Shown here piece by piece: positions 1-12,456 of a stretch of 64,000 nt of DNA (its first letter is position 1; the number at the start of each line of letters is the position of its first letter). The DNA comes from Chlorokybus atmophyticus (taxonomy: Eukaryota > Plantae > Mesostigma and Chlorokybus algae): positions 82,122 through 146,121 of the forward strand of contig RHPI01002888.1 in the NCBI GenBank assembly GCA_009103225.1, written 5' to 3'. The notes under the pieces are model-generated. The model saw only the letters and a list, made by a program, of their open reading frames with translations. It had not been told where the DNA came from and did no database searches. Made by a program: the position numbers and the translations under genes.

Positions 1-13
1 AAATGAGCTTCAG

Positions 14-1990
14 GCATGGTACTCAGCTTAGCCGCACATGCATTGCAGGATCAAGCACAACTACTAGCAGAGGTTGTTCTTCAAGCGCACTCAATTGACG
101 AGCAAGGCAGCAAAGCCATTGAACGTATGGCTGTAGTTCAGAAGCTGTTTGACCTCAGCCAACTGAAGGTAAGCATTATCATTACACAGTCCGTTTGGAC
201 TGTCATGTCATGCTCAGCTGCGGCTTCCGCACCATTGCAGGGTGAGATGCAATCTCACAACTGCGTGTCATGTGCAAATTTGCCGCCAGTACAGGGAGCG
301 TGACGACCTTGTAGACACATTGCGCTCGTGGAAACGAAATGTGCTGTGCGACATGTCGGCCATGCGCGAATGGCGTTTGCGGAAGCATTATGGCGACAGA
401 TACGATGCACGCCGCAACCTGGTATGTTGTTGCTGGTTGGATGGGATGGGTGCGTGCATATGGCAATACGCACATGCGCGTGTGTTGTGTTGCTTTGACT
501 CCACGTGTGCTTAGTTGGGGTCTGATCTCGCTGCCCCAGGTTGATTGGGATTACCACATGCGGCTTCAATCTGTGGCATCCATTGTTCACTTCAAACAAT
601 ACAGGTGAGCACGGAGTGCGTGACACCTTGCACCTAGATGTTATCCTGACCTTGCCCAGCTTTGCTTATATGTGTACTGACTTGTGTGTGCTGATAACAG
701 GGAGTGGCGGGAGTTGGGGATTGCATATGAAGTGCGTGAAAGCACTTACACTGTAGCAAACAGGTCCCTTGTGTCGCATGCCGAAGGTACACAATCAACA
801 ACATCGATATCACACAGTGTCATGATGACGACAAAGTAATTGTGTGGGTTTGTTGTCTGTGCTCAGGCAGGACAATGGAGCATAAGGACAGGGTGGGTCG
901 CGAGCACGGGCGCTCGGTGCTGAAGCGGGGCTTCTGGGGAGACATTATCAATTGCCCGTACCTGGCATTTGGTATTGAGGCAGAAGACAAGGACTTGTTC
1001 AAGTTGTGAGTATGACAATGAAACCTTCTCACATTGTGTGCATGCGTGTGCGCATGCGTGTGCACATGTGCATGCGCTTGCTTGCATGTGTATCTGCGGA
1101 CGTGTGTGCGTATGTGTGCGTGTAGTGGTGGTTGTTCAATGGCTTATCTCCGTGTCGGCTTCGGTCTAGGTCCAACAACCAGCACGTCAAGACAGCCGTG
1201 GACGTGGCAGAGTACAACTTGACGGCGTTGCTACACGCGCTCAAGTCTGGCAGTGTTTACCAACACAACGAGTCCAAAGCGCCGAAAGAGTTCGCGCACG
1301 AAGAAACAATTAACAATGACGATGCGTGCACATCACATGATACAGCGTCTTCATCACAATACGAGCAGACAGTTCCTTCTTTAGCTGATACGGGTAATCA
1401 GACTGAACAGCACGCACACCAGGTGGTACCAGACAGTGACTTCAATGAAAATGCTGTCATGCGCCAGTCTTCGAATGAGGAAAGCAGCTGTTGCGGGTTT
1501 GATAGCCCTGAAGCATCTGCGGCTGTATCGAGCATGCACTGCATTCTCACGTGCGGCGATGTTGGCAAAACGCTGTTAACCAAAGCCAAATTGAACGGGA
1601 GGTTCCACCTTGTCGTTCTCGGATACAGGTCAAGAGTGTTGTGTGGCGGGTGTAATGTTATGTTGCGCATTGTTCTGCGGCGGGTTGTTGCATTGCGTTG
1701 GGTTGGGTTGGTTAGGTTGGGTTGGTTGAATACACATTGTCATGCTGCGGTCTGACAGTTGGTGTGTGTGCAGGGATATACACTGGGTTCAGAAAGGGCT
1801 GGAGAAGGTGGCTGCGCCCGGAGCGGTGTTGGTGTTGGAGGGTCCAAAGTACTTGACGGAGCTGAAGAAGGAGCAGGCGGATGAGGCCAGGAGCAAACTT
1901 GTCTCGCTCGTGCAGTCATTCGGCTGGCGGCAAGTCGCTCAGAATGCAGGCTTAGATGATGCGCACATTGTCCTCACACTGGCAAATTAG
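14..1990 (+). CDS. DNAAF3: Dynein axonemal assembly factor 3 (PF22), 3' part, multi-exon; 5' exons lie outside the window
   Basis: Exons joined at GT-AG give ...LFDLSQLK|YRERDDLVDTLRSWK...LRKHYGDRYDARRNL|VDWDYHMRLQ...|EWRELGIAYEVRESTYTVANRSL...|RGFWGDIINCPYLAFGIEAEDKDLFK...NNQHVKTAVDVAEYNLTALL, which are DNAAF3-type motifs. Last exon ends ...HIVLTLAN* at 1990. Confidence 0.85.
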
Positions 1991-2689
1991 ATGTTGGTGT
2001 AGCTCGCATTTGCTTAAAGCCCTTCCCGACCAGCGCTGAATGCCCATAAAACATGCAGCTTGAAAGATTTGCACATTTGACCGGTGCTGATGGTGTTTTT
2101 CATCTAGCCATCTAGCCAAGATGCTTGGGAAGATTCAACGTAATTGAATGCTCTGGGAGCACACAGAAAAGAGGAAGCATTGACAAGCATTGACAAGCAG
2201 CTTACATGGTGATAGGTGGCTGTGTGGTCCATACCTTATGGTCCATCACACACAAGCTCATTGTCACCTATGTTTGCAAACGTACATATGCACATGCCAT
2301 GTTAAGCAGCTACAAGTACTGAGAAAATCTATAGCACAATTCAATACCGTTTATTCAACACACAAATGCACCGGGCCGGCGGAGATCATAGGTAACTCCC
2401 CAAGCATGATCTACACTCGAGTGAACGTGCTTCTATGGAAAGTGACCAAGCCACAGCTGGGAAGTCGTAATTGTTCGTGTAATATACATCGTTGCACATA
2501 CAGCACCACCGCCATATACAGCACCTTCCTCGTTGGGTGATCAAGGCTTGGCCAACGCATCAAGGCAACATGAAACCTTCATCATCTTGCACTCGGACCG
2601 ACGGGGGAAAGAAGAATGTCTGTACAAACTCTGCGCCTGCTGCCTTGACACTGCACGCGCATGGCAAAGCAGCAGACATGCAGCAGGGG

Positions 2690-5600
2690 CTATCTTGACG
2701 TCTGTATATCCACAAGAAACTCCAACACGTCACTCTGCAGGAAGCCTCCTGCTGGCGAGACCACGTCGCGCAGCGGGCAGAAGTCCACAAAGCCCCATGA
2801 CAGATCTTGGCTACTGAAAGTATGAGACATATCTGCACATGAATACAAGGTCAGAATGCTCAATACACAACATATCAATACACTCTTCTACCTTTGGCTA
2901 TGGTTGCACGGGGGTCGTGATGATTTACAAAGGTGAAAGTGCATCTCTCAACAGTGCGTTTCCAGTTGGGAGGCAGCGCGTGGGAATCCGCCACATTCAG
3001 ATAGACTGAAAGCTGGCTCGCTGCACTCTTATCTTTAGACTAACAGAATGACACATACTGGTCAGGTATAGCGAAACAAAAACAGGGTGAACAAGGTTAA
3101 GCCGATCTGATGCAACCAACCCACACTCACGCCCACACCTGTACAGCGCGTGCGCGAACCAACACGCGCCACCTCCCGCCATCAAAAGGCTCAGAATACA
3201 CTGGTCTGACAAACTTTGTGCTGGCCTTGAAGCGCACGTGCCTCAGCGTCTGACCTACCCGTGACGCCCGGGGATGCCAGCCGTAGCGCAGCTCCAATGC
3301 ATCTCTGCGCAGGAGCAACAGTCAACGCCCTGTTTGTGTGTTGGCATTCAGTCCGAGCACGACAACACCGTGTTTTCACTTACATACCTGCAACAGTGTC
3401 CTGACAGTGTGAGAAAGACTTGTGAAAACAATATCTGGGAATGCGCACGCACGCATACGTGCGCGCTTATGTGCACAGGCATGGCCCCCACCCCCACTCA
3501 CACGCGCACATGCACATGCGCGCTTGTACATGACCAAGGTACCTGCAGTTGGGTTGGTGCATGTGCAGAAGTGCGTCGATGACAAGCATGAGGCAGGGCG
3601 GGTTGCCTTTGAGGACGTCCTCGCCATACACCCGAGCAGCCAGCGTCGTGGCCGGTATGCTCGCAAGCCTGACTGCGGCCATGAGTTCGGGCAAGTAGTC
3701 CAGTCTGGATGGCACGTCCACTTTCACCCACGCAAGGATGACTTCCAGAAGGGCCAACTCACTGCAGCAGTGGTCGCAGTATGAGCGCACGCAGAACACA
3801 GTTATGATACCTGCATCACTTTGGGTTCTTTGCTGTATAGCATACGAGCGTACTGGCATGTATGGCAATATATTAAGGGACAACACTCCGCACACTCAAA
3901 ACAACAGATCAACCAAGAGTCATGATTACAACCACAGGTCAATTACCTGGCGAGTGCAAGAGGGTCTTTTCTCAACAGGTTGATCAAAAACTCTCCAGGA
4001 AGGGATATGAACCACGCTCGGTGTGGCAACGAAGACAGGTTGACTGGATCTGCCAGTGCCTGTCATAAATGTTTTCACATGGCAATCCTCTTGAAGATGC
4101 AATCACAAGTGCACACAAGGGTCATACCTGCTCAATGACCATAACGTCAAGGTCTGGTGAAAGCAGATCTTGTATGCTGTACGACTCAGCGAGCCACAAC
4201 ATGTACAGCGAATTGGAGACCGTTAGCAGTCGCCGCAGAAAGGTCGCACATGCAGTGCGCACCGTGTCCACCTGAGACCAAACACCAGCATTGCAGTTTC
4301 AATCAACCAAGACAGTCTACTACATGACACTTGTGCAACAATTTTGCACAACAGAACACATACAGCCAAGAAGCAGTGTGTCGAACAGCATTGCATGGCC
4401 GCATAGCAGCGTGGTGTATACTGAACTTGGTGAGTGACTGTTGTGTAGTGCATTGAAGTTTAATGTGGTGTAGGGTAATTCATCGCCTGCATGCATGTGA
4501 CATGGAGGTGGGATACCTGCAACAGTTGCGCGACAGCAAGAAGCGAGCGCACATTGCGGGTGGTCACCACGAGGCTGCGTGTGTACATCGCCTCAATGAC
4601 GCGCTCCACAGCATCCGGTTCAACCAAGTCGCCGAGATCAACGACAGGATGGGCATCATCGCGAAACGGCTCTGCATACAATGTCAAATATGAAACTTTT
4701 GACGTGTCTTGTAAGCAATGGTATACGTCTTGTGAGCAATGGTATATGCGCAACTACGAGCAAGTGACGCAATTACACTGAAACTCACAGGAGTGCAAGT
4801 ACACACATTAGTACATGAACAATAGCAATGCAATGTAACCAGTGTCCCATTGCTAGCATCTATTGCAACTGCGTACCTACACAGTGACATGTAGACACAT
4901 GACTACGAGCACGATTGTGTTTGCACAGGGACTTGTCACGCAAGAAAGCACACAGTGGTATCTGCACAAGTATGCACACATACAATGCATGCATGCGTAC
5001 ACGTGCTTGAAGTTACTTGCAAAGATGCAAGTGCACTCAAGAGTTTACGCATATTTATATGTAAACTGATAGGTAGGTGACAGCACAGTCGCACGTGACT
5101 GTGTAGACACCACAGATGCGTTGCAACCATGCAACAAACATAGCAGCGGTAAAAGACTTGCGAGAAATATCAGGACAAACGCAACTGTACCAGACTGCAG
5201 CAGCGTGCGGAGGTATTTTGAGTCGGACGACAGTATTAATCTGCTTGCGGGGTTATCGTGGTCCCGGCAGCGCACTGTCACGTCTGCAAGCTTGCCCGAC
5301 CGCCACATGTCACAATGCGATTGGACAAGAGCACGTCCGTACCCCTCAAATGTAAACGTCTCCAGCGCATTGACCTGTAGCGTAATTAAGCTTGTTTTGT
5401 CTACAAGACCAGTATGTACTATATGCGGTAGGAGTGTGTATGTTGTGGTATTTGCAATGAGACATTGTATTGCAGGCATTTTCATGAGTACAGCTGACCA
5501 ACAGTTTGCAACATGCGGAGGTATGGAAGGCTTACCTCCAGGCCACTCGCCTCTGCCATAAAGCCCTCCTCAGCATCATCAGGAGCATCATACTGCACCT

Positions 5601-6326
5601 GATAGGGTTGTGGGCTGTATGAAGCACAGTGTACAACTATTGACCTGAAGATTAAAGAAGTTTCATTGCGAATGCAACAGTTAAGAAGCAAGTTGATACA
5701 GGTCGGGGTTGTCCACAGGCACGGACAGCTGGCAGGGCAGTCTGTACCGGAGCGTTTAGCAAGCTGTGCTGTTGGTTTGCAACGGGTGAGTACTGCAAAG
5801 TGGGAGTCCCTTCAGTGTGCGTGTGAGCGAGATCGGTTGCTGCTGCGTCATGCTGAGGTTCGTGAAGCACTTGCGCTAGCCGAGCCTTGCATTGGTGATT
5901 TGCACAACACACATTGCAGTCAGGTAGCTCGCCAAAGCAGCATTGACAGTGTGCATCCTTGCTGACACTCAGCACTCGCTTGCATGTTGACATTTCCCCA
6001 ACAAGAGAGGAGCTTCCATCTGGCCAAAGCGCCTTTCGCGGCATTGTAGACAACGTTACTTTGTTTAACCCTACCCACTACTCAAACCATGAACCTGAAC
6101 CTAGCGACACACAGCATTGTTCAAGCAAAGGACGAGTTGACCAAACATGCAGCGTACGCACGAATGACTTTCGTTTGTACCGTTGGCAGCCACACAGTAC
6201 ACGCTGCTTCACACCTCAAAAGTTCCTTCTCACCTGTGCAAGGTCCATGCGGCTGCCGCCAAACTCAGCCCTTGCCGCCTCCAAGATCTGCAGGGCGCCA
6301 TCCAGCTGGCCGGCGGAGGCCGCCAT
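2690..6326 (-). CDS. BTB/POZ-BACK-MATH(TRAF) protein, probable CUL3 substrate adaptor, multi-exon; 5' exons uncertain
   Basis: BTB: DMWRSGKLADVTVRC...ASRLILSSDSKYLRTLL and VEPDAVERVIEAMYTRSLVVTTRNVRSLLAVAQLLQV. BACK: SELALLEVILAWVKVDVPSRLDYLPELMAAVRL. MATH: GGRWRVLVR...FSLYLNVADSHALPPNWKR...HTFSSQDLSWGFVDFCPLRDVVSPAGGFLQSDVLEFLVDI, stop at 2690. Candidate start MAASAGQLDG at 6326. Confidence 0.75.
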
Positions 6327-8290
6327 GGCGGCTCAATCACCGCTGCAGAAGAGCTTCGCACTGTGCATGGCACAAAGATATCCAGCCTCTGAAGTAGCTC
6401 CCTCCGAGCCCTCCGCCTGCAAAACCCAACGCCTTCAGCCACACCCACGCCCCTCACACCGCCCTGCCCGCTAACGACGTCTCTGCGTGTTGGTGAGTCG
6501 CGTTGTGCGTGTGACAACGTTGCCAGCGGCTTGCTCGCCATCGAAAGTGTTGCTTTTGAATCTGTGGATTATGCCACACATTCACTGCGTATGTCCTACT
6601 GATTTCACACTTGCTGTTTGTGCTTTTGCACTCTCTTGTCTGGCGGCTGTTAAGCAGTGGTGGCTATTTGCCAAATGGCATGGTCAGCATCTATCGGGCA
6701 GACATGTTTCATGTAGATGTTATTTGTTTCGAAATCAGGACATCCATGTAATGTTTCATCACGAAATTGTTTGCTGGAGCTCGAATGTGAATACCGTAGT
6801 GCTCCGAAATCTTTGTGAAAGGTGCCACTAAGCTATTTGGTTCATGTTGCGTTAAACCCCGCCAATTAATGCATTCTGGTCTATAATCACTGAAATTCAT
6901 GAATGAAGTCGTTGGATAGTTAATATTCCGTACAAATTTTCGTGCGGAGTTAATTGTTTGACAAAGATATCGAGGCATTATCGTACCATACGTCAGGATA
7001 CTTTAACATATGAGCAGTTTACTGACATTGCGGAGTGAAAGCTGCTCGGCATTACAATGATTTATGATGCGATATATATAGTATACGCAGTTAATAACAT
7101 CCGCATCAATTGGTAACTACCTCTGCATATCGACTGCCACCTCCGGAAGAAGCACACAATAATGACCATTACAACCATAACCCCATTGTGGTTATGGTTG
7201 CAACCATGATCATTGATAAATAGACTCATAGTGAGCAACTTGCCTCATAGCAACTTGGTCACAATGCTCGCACGTGCGGGTATGCATATTTGCTCATCAC
7301 TACACAACCTTGTAAACAGCTTTATCCCTGGATCGATGTGGATAACCTACCACAATAACATAAGAACTCCATAAATAATCATTAGCGCTATGTTGTGAGG
7401 ATGGCCCAGTAAGTATGCTTCGAGCTTGATAAACATCCCGATGACCAATGTAAAATTGGACATCAAGTGAGTGTCATGCATACGCACGGAAAGATGGAGG
7501 GCGCCCCAATGTATACGTGCACTATGTTATGAGCATGGGCGTATGTTCCCTGAAATACAACAAGCATGTCAATTGTTGATGCTCACATACTGCACCGCTC
7601 ATAAAGTCACATTTCAACACCGGTATAAAGGGCCTTTAACACTTAATGTATTTATAGGATCAAGTTTTGCAAGGTAACACCATATAACATGACAACGTTG
7701 TACCAAGTTTTGATCTCTTAATGGTTGTTGTAGTTGTACCTTGAAGAAGCTTGACCACCACAAACATGAAGTGACAATGTTGTGTGCTCAATCAAATAAA
7801 GCGTATGTGTTGGCTAATATGAGCCATACGCGCTATCAAGATAGCGCGCCGAAAGCACAAGACATGCCAAGTAAGTTAAGCTCTTTGCGAAAAAGACGCA
7901 ATTGCAACTCATTGCCATGGCAACATGACTTGTCCATTACGCATGTCGACGCTTGTGTCCCCTTTGAACAACCCGAACATATGTACCTCACCCACACATA
8001 TAGCCCATACCCAGGTAAAGACGAGAGCATCAAGCAGCACAAGCAGCGTTTTACACCATACAGCAATTCATGAGCTGCAAAGACAACGCGAGATGAAGAC
8101 GGGGCGCCTTGCAGGCAACTGGTTAAACTACTCTCAATTTACACATATCACGACCGGCTGTGTAGATACAGTTCGCAGGCTAGCAAGTAGTAGCTAGTAA
8201 CTACTATGCAACCCCTGATCTGAAGGCAGTTTCAGCGGAAACACTTCCATACTGCAGCAAGTTGGGCCTATAATGCACCATAGTTGTGGC

Positions 8291-11142
8291 CTAAGCACAC
8301 ATGACTTGGTCGCAAACCTGCACAACAGCAAGCTCAGTCTGGCAAGTGCTGAAGTTTATTGTGCTCACAACATCATGACTGCCATGCACACACGCAGCTC
8401 TTCACAGTCATAATGTGCCATGGCAGCGCCTCAGCAAGTGCTTCGTAAAGGCTTACGCAGCAAGGAAGAGGGTGAGAGTGACGTACCTGCAATGCTTGGC
8501 CTGCAAAGAAACGCACGTCAACATCCGGGTCTTCATGCAGCTCTAGAAGGGTCGGCCTGATGGTATTCTCGACAACAGAGTGGTCAACAATGGGGATAAG
8601 GCCCTGGAGCATTTTGGCCACATTGAACTTGATATTGGGCACTTTGTCCTTGGCGGCGTTCACCACCACGGGCAGCATGGTCTGGCAGGTAATCTCTCCA
8701 CCGACAACGGGTGCAAGTAGAGAAATGGCAAACAGCACTGTCATGCGGTATAGGTAGTTCTTGATCATTGGGTTCTTGACCATGTCCAGCACCTGCAAGA
8801 TATTCGTTTTGACGGACTGTGACCGTGCTGATAATCATGGTGCGGTTCAGTAGATCATGACAAGAATAACTTTGTGTAGACCTATATGTACCTGAGGAAT
8901 GATGTGTTGCTGTGCCCACTCCACTCCAAATTCTTCGGCAAGCCGCTTGAGGTTGTGCGTGGCAGCTTCTCTAATGGAGTACACTTGATCGCCCAACCAG
9001 GCCATGCACAGCTCCCCCAGCTTACCATCAAAGAACTGGACACCCAGCTGGCTTGCAAGCAAAGGGATGTACTCAATGATTGCCAACCGCACACGCCAAT
9101 GCCGATCCTCAGCAAGCTCCACAATTGCTGGAAGCAGAGACTGTGACAAGAGGTCTATTCCAATCACCTGGTTGACCTGTACAAGTACCCGAGGTTGTAG
9201 AAAATCTGTAGAACCAATGCACAGGACGAGTTGCCAATTGCATGCACATGCTCCTACCTGGTCCAACTTGGAAATGATGTTGAGACGCACGTCAGGGAAT
9301 TCGTCTTTAAGCAGGTTCAAAAAGAGGGGCAGCAAGTGGTCGATAGTAGCCTGCTTGCCTAGAACCGGCGCCAAGCCCATGATGACTGAGGCAAGCGCGG
9401 CTCTTGCATGCTGCATTGCACAAGCATTAACATGTGTGCAGGCCCTTAACATGCTTGATAAAGGCGCACAAGCACTGGGTGATTATCACTCCAGTAAATC
9501 ATCCATGTAAAGCAAGAACAAAAAGCGACGAGGAAAAATGCAACTGTACCTGTGATGAGTCTGATGCGAGTTCCTTCACGCAAGGCAAGATGGTCTTGAT
9601 GGATTGCTCATTGTTTACCAGTGCACAAAACCGCGCCACCTTGCCAGCTGCAGCAATGCGCACTTCTGCCTCAGTGTCGCGCAGCAACTGCACATAAGCT
9701 GGCACCAGCTCTTGCCTACAAGACACAGAGGTTACAGCGCCTTGGAATAACCTCATGCATGCTACACTCACAGAAGCTCCGGCAGAACTCCAAGTACAAC
9801 GCAAGCTGCGGTCATGCAACTTTCAGCACTGCTTGCATGTAGTACCTCGACAACTCGGGGCCTATTGCTTCGCACAGCTCGTAAAGCTGGTTGGCAACCA
9901 TGTAACGGACACGCCACGACTTATCCTGTTGAGCGGTTGCACGCGTTGGTGTCAGTAGAAACTCAAGTGGCTTATGCACACATATACGCAACACGAGTGC
10001 ATACCTGCGCAAACGCGCGAATAATAGGCAAGACATGCATAATGCAGTCATTGCGATCGAGTAGCCGCCCGAAAGCTGAACAGTCCTCGACAGCCAACAA
10101 CCTGACTGAATCTTGGTCTGCCACGCAGATAATCATCAGAAACTATGAATATGTTGCAGTAGTAAACCGCACACATAACGCCAGCGACAGTGCGACATGC
10201 CATGTTGAGGTGTTGTACGCACCGTCTTGAGTAAGGTGCGTAAAGAGAGCCATGATCTCAGTTTTTACATACTCAGGCTCAGCCTTGGCGGCAAACTTGC
10301 CGAGATGCAGTGCAGCCGCCCTCCGCACCATGGGTGTATCATCATGGCACAATTGTGCAAAGAGAGCTCGCAGTTCGCCTCGCGTGCTGGAAGGTGCTCG
10401 AGGGTAGGCAACATGGAAAAGACCACAAGCTGAGACCCTCGCTGTGAACCATTCGCCAGTTGCTAAGCGCTTGATGAGAGGAATCAAGTACTCGGTGACA
10501 TGCTGTTCTTTCAATTGCTCCCCAACCTGCACAGCCGACACGATGCGCTCACGGTTCACAACAGAATCTGATCATCTCACTACAACATGCATTGCGATGG
10601 TCAAGTACGCATGTCAAGTGAAAAACATTAAGGAGTCCAGCAGGCAGTAACGCTGAGAATGAAAGACACAAGCAGTGATTGTGTCTAAGGTAACAGCTAC
10701 CTTGCCAAGCGACTCCACTGCTTTGTCCCTCACAACTGTTTCCTCAACAGTTGAGAGCGTTTCCAGTGGAACAAGCAACACATAAGCATGCTCTGGGCCG
10801 CCGACATGTGGCACAAACTTTCCCAATTCCTCTGCCAATGCCAGAAGCACCTGCGAATGAAGGCCCACCTGAATACAACGCTCCTGACACTGTTGAGCAA
10901 TTGCTGCCAATGCATTGCATCTGCCACTGCTCCAGACCGAAAGAGCAAGAGGGCACCTCATCCTCGTCATCGTTGCTCTCATTCAGGAAGGGTATCAACT
11001 CTTTCCTCGTGCGCTCTTCGCCCAGAGCAAATGCAATGGTCGAAAGTCTGCGGATGCTGTTGAGCCGTAGCTGTACATCTTCGTTCTTCAGCTCGTCAAT
11101 AAGTACAGCGATTGGATATAGAGAGTCCTCCTCCATAGCCAT
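8291..11142 (-). CDS. PP2AA: Protein phosphatase 2A scaffold (A, 65 kDa) subunit, HEAT repeats, multi-exon
   Basis: [53 protein letters not shown]; [11 protein letters not shown]; [11 protein letters not shown]; [23 protein letters not shown]; [12 protein letters not shown]; [11 protein letters not shown]; last exon VCDQVMCA* (stop 8291-8293). Confidence 0.96.
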
Positions 11143-12456
11143 TTTGCTGCAAAAGCAACACAACTTACCAAGGGCATGTTGAATGCAGATGTTTACAGCA
11201 TAACTCTAGCGATGTACAATGGGAAAAGCACAAAGCATAGATGTTACTAACATCTAAAGCTATAATCAAGCAGTAAGACATATACTAGAGCAAACTTCCA
11301 GCATAATCGCACTCCGACTCTGCACGTTTGACAGATATTTAATCTACGGACTAGGAGACTAGCACAAGCCGAAGTGAACCACAGAAATCCCCAACTAAGG
11401 CGGTGAGCCAAGCTAGAAACCCACACCAGAAACACCCACACAAGCATTCCAGCGAGCCACAGCAAAAGTCACGTGCGCCCAACTACCTATGCTATCCGGC
11501 GCCAACAAATCGCCCAACTGACCACACACAGCAAGCAAGCAACAGTATACACGCTACGAAAGCGATCCAGCAGCATGTGCCAATGAACCTGGCACGTCAG
11601 CTGCGGCTCCCCCATCCAGCACATCCATAGAGCAATAACGAGCATCAAGCCACGAAGCTCAAGAATCACAGCCGCAAACAAGCAGCTACTTACGCTGTTT
11701 CAACGTAGGCGTGGCCTAATACGTGAAGCCCCACTCCCAGCAGCACTCAAAACAACGCTTAAAGCAAGCGCAGGCAGCGCAGACGCCTCTGTAATCAGCT
11801 CAGGTACGTTACCCAACGACAAGCTCCGCGCCTCACGCAGGCCTTCTACGAGGCATCATATAAGGCCCGGAATTGCCTGCCTCCTGCTCACAGCCTTTGC
11901 CCTCCCTCACCCCGCCAACGCCGGCAGCAATGCCGCCGTCCACTCTGCTGCTTAGGGTTGTTAAAAGCTCCGTAGCAGTTAAAGCCACCTGCCGTCACAA
12001 GCCCGCCCCGCCATCCGCCGTCAAACACCGGTCGACCTGTTGCACTTTTAACAACTCTTAAGTTACGGTGAGTCGGCTGAAAGTCTGATTGCAAGCACGA
12101 ATGCATCCGACGAACTCTTAAGATGTGGAAAGTTTGACCCTGGGACTTCTGTGCTGTGCTGTCGCAGTTAGTGGTTACCCGTTAAACGGGCATGCACAAC
12201 AAGCAGGTGGCGGCGGCGACGGTGGCGGTGGCTTTGAGGAATTGGCGTTGACGAGTCGCTTGATTGTTGAGTACGGGACCTTGCTTCCCCGCTTACGTTG
12301 TCAATCGCGAGCTTCTGGCGGGATCAGTGCTGCAAGAGGTGAGGGCGTTAGCTGCCATCCAGAGGCTTGCAATGCTACTAGGTGATTTCCTTTAGCATGC
12401 AGTACTTCAACTTGCATACTTTGCTATGTCTGTTTCGGCTCATTGGTGCATTTCAG

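Noticed and set aside
7171-7200. 10-bp hairpin caaccataac / gttatggttg in the AT-rich intergenic stretch 6850-7450
   Set aside because: Isolated, with no matching terminal repeats or TSD to support a MITE.
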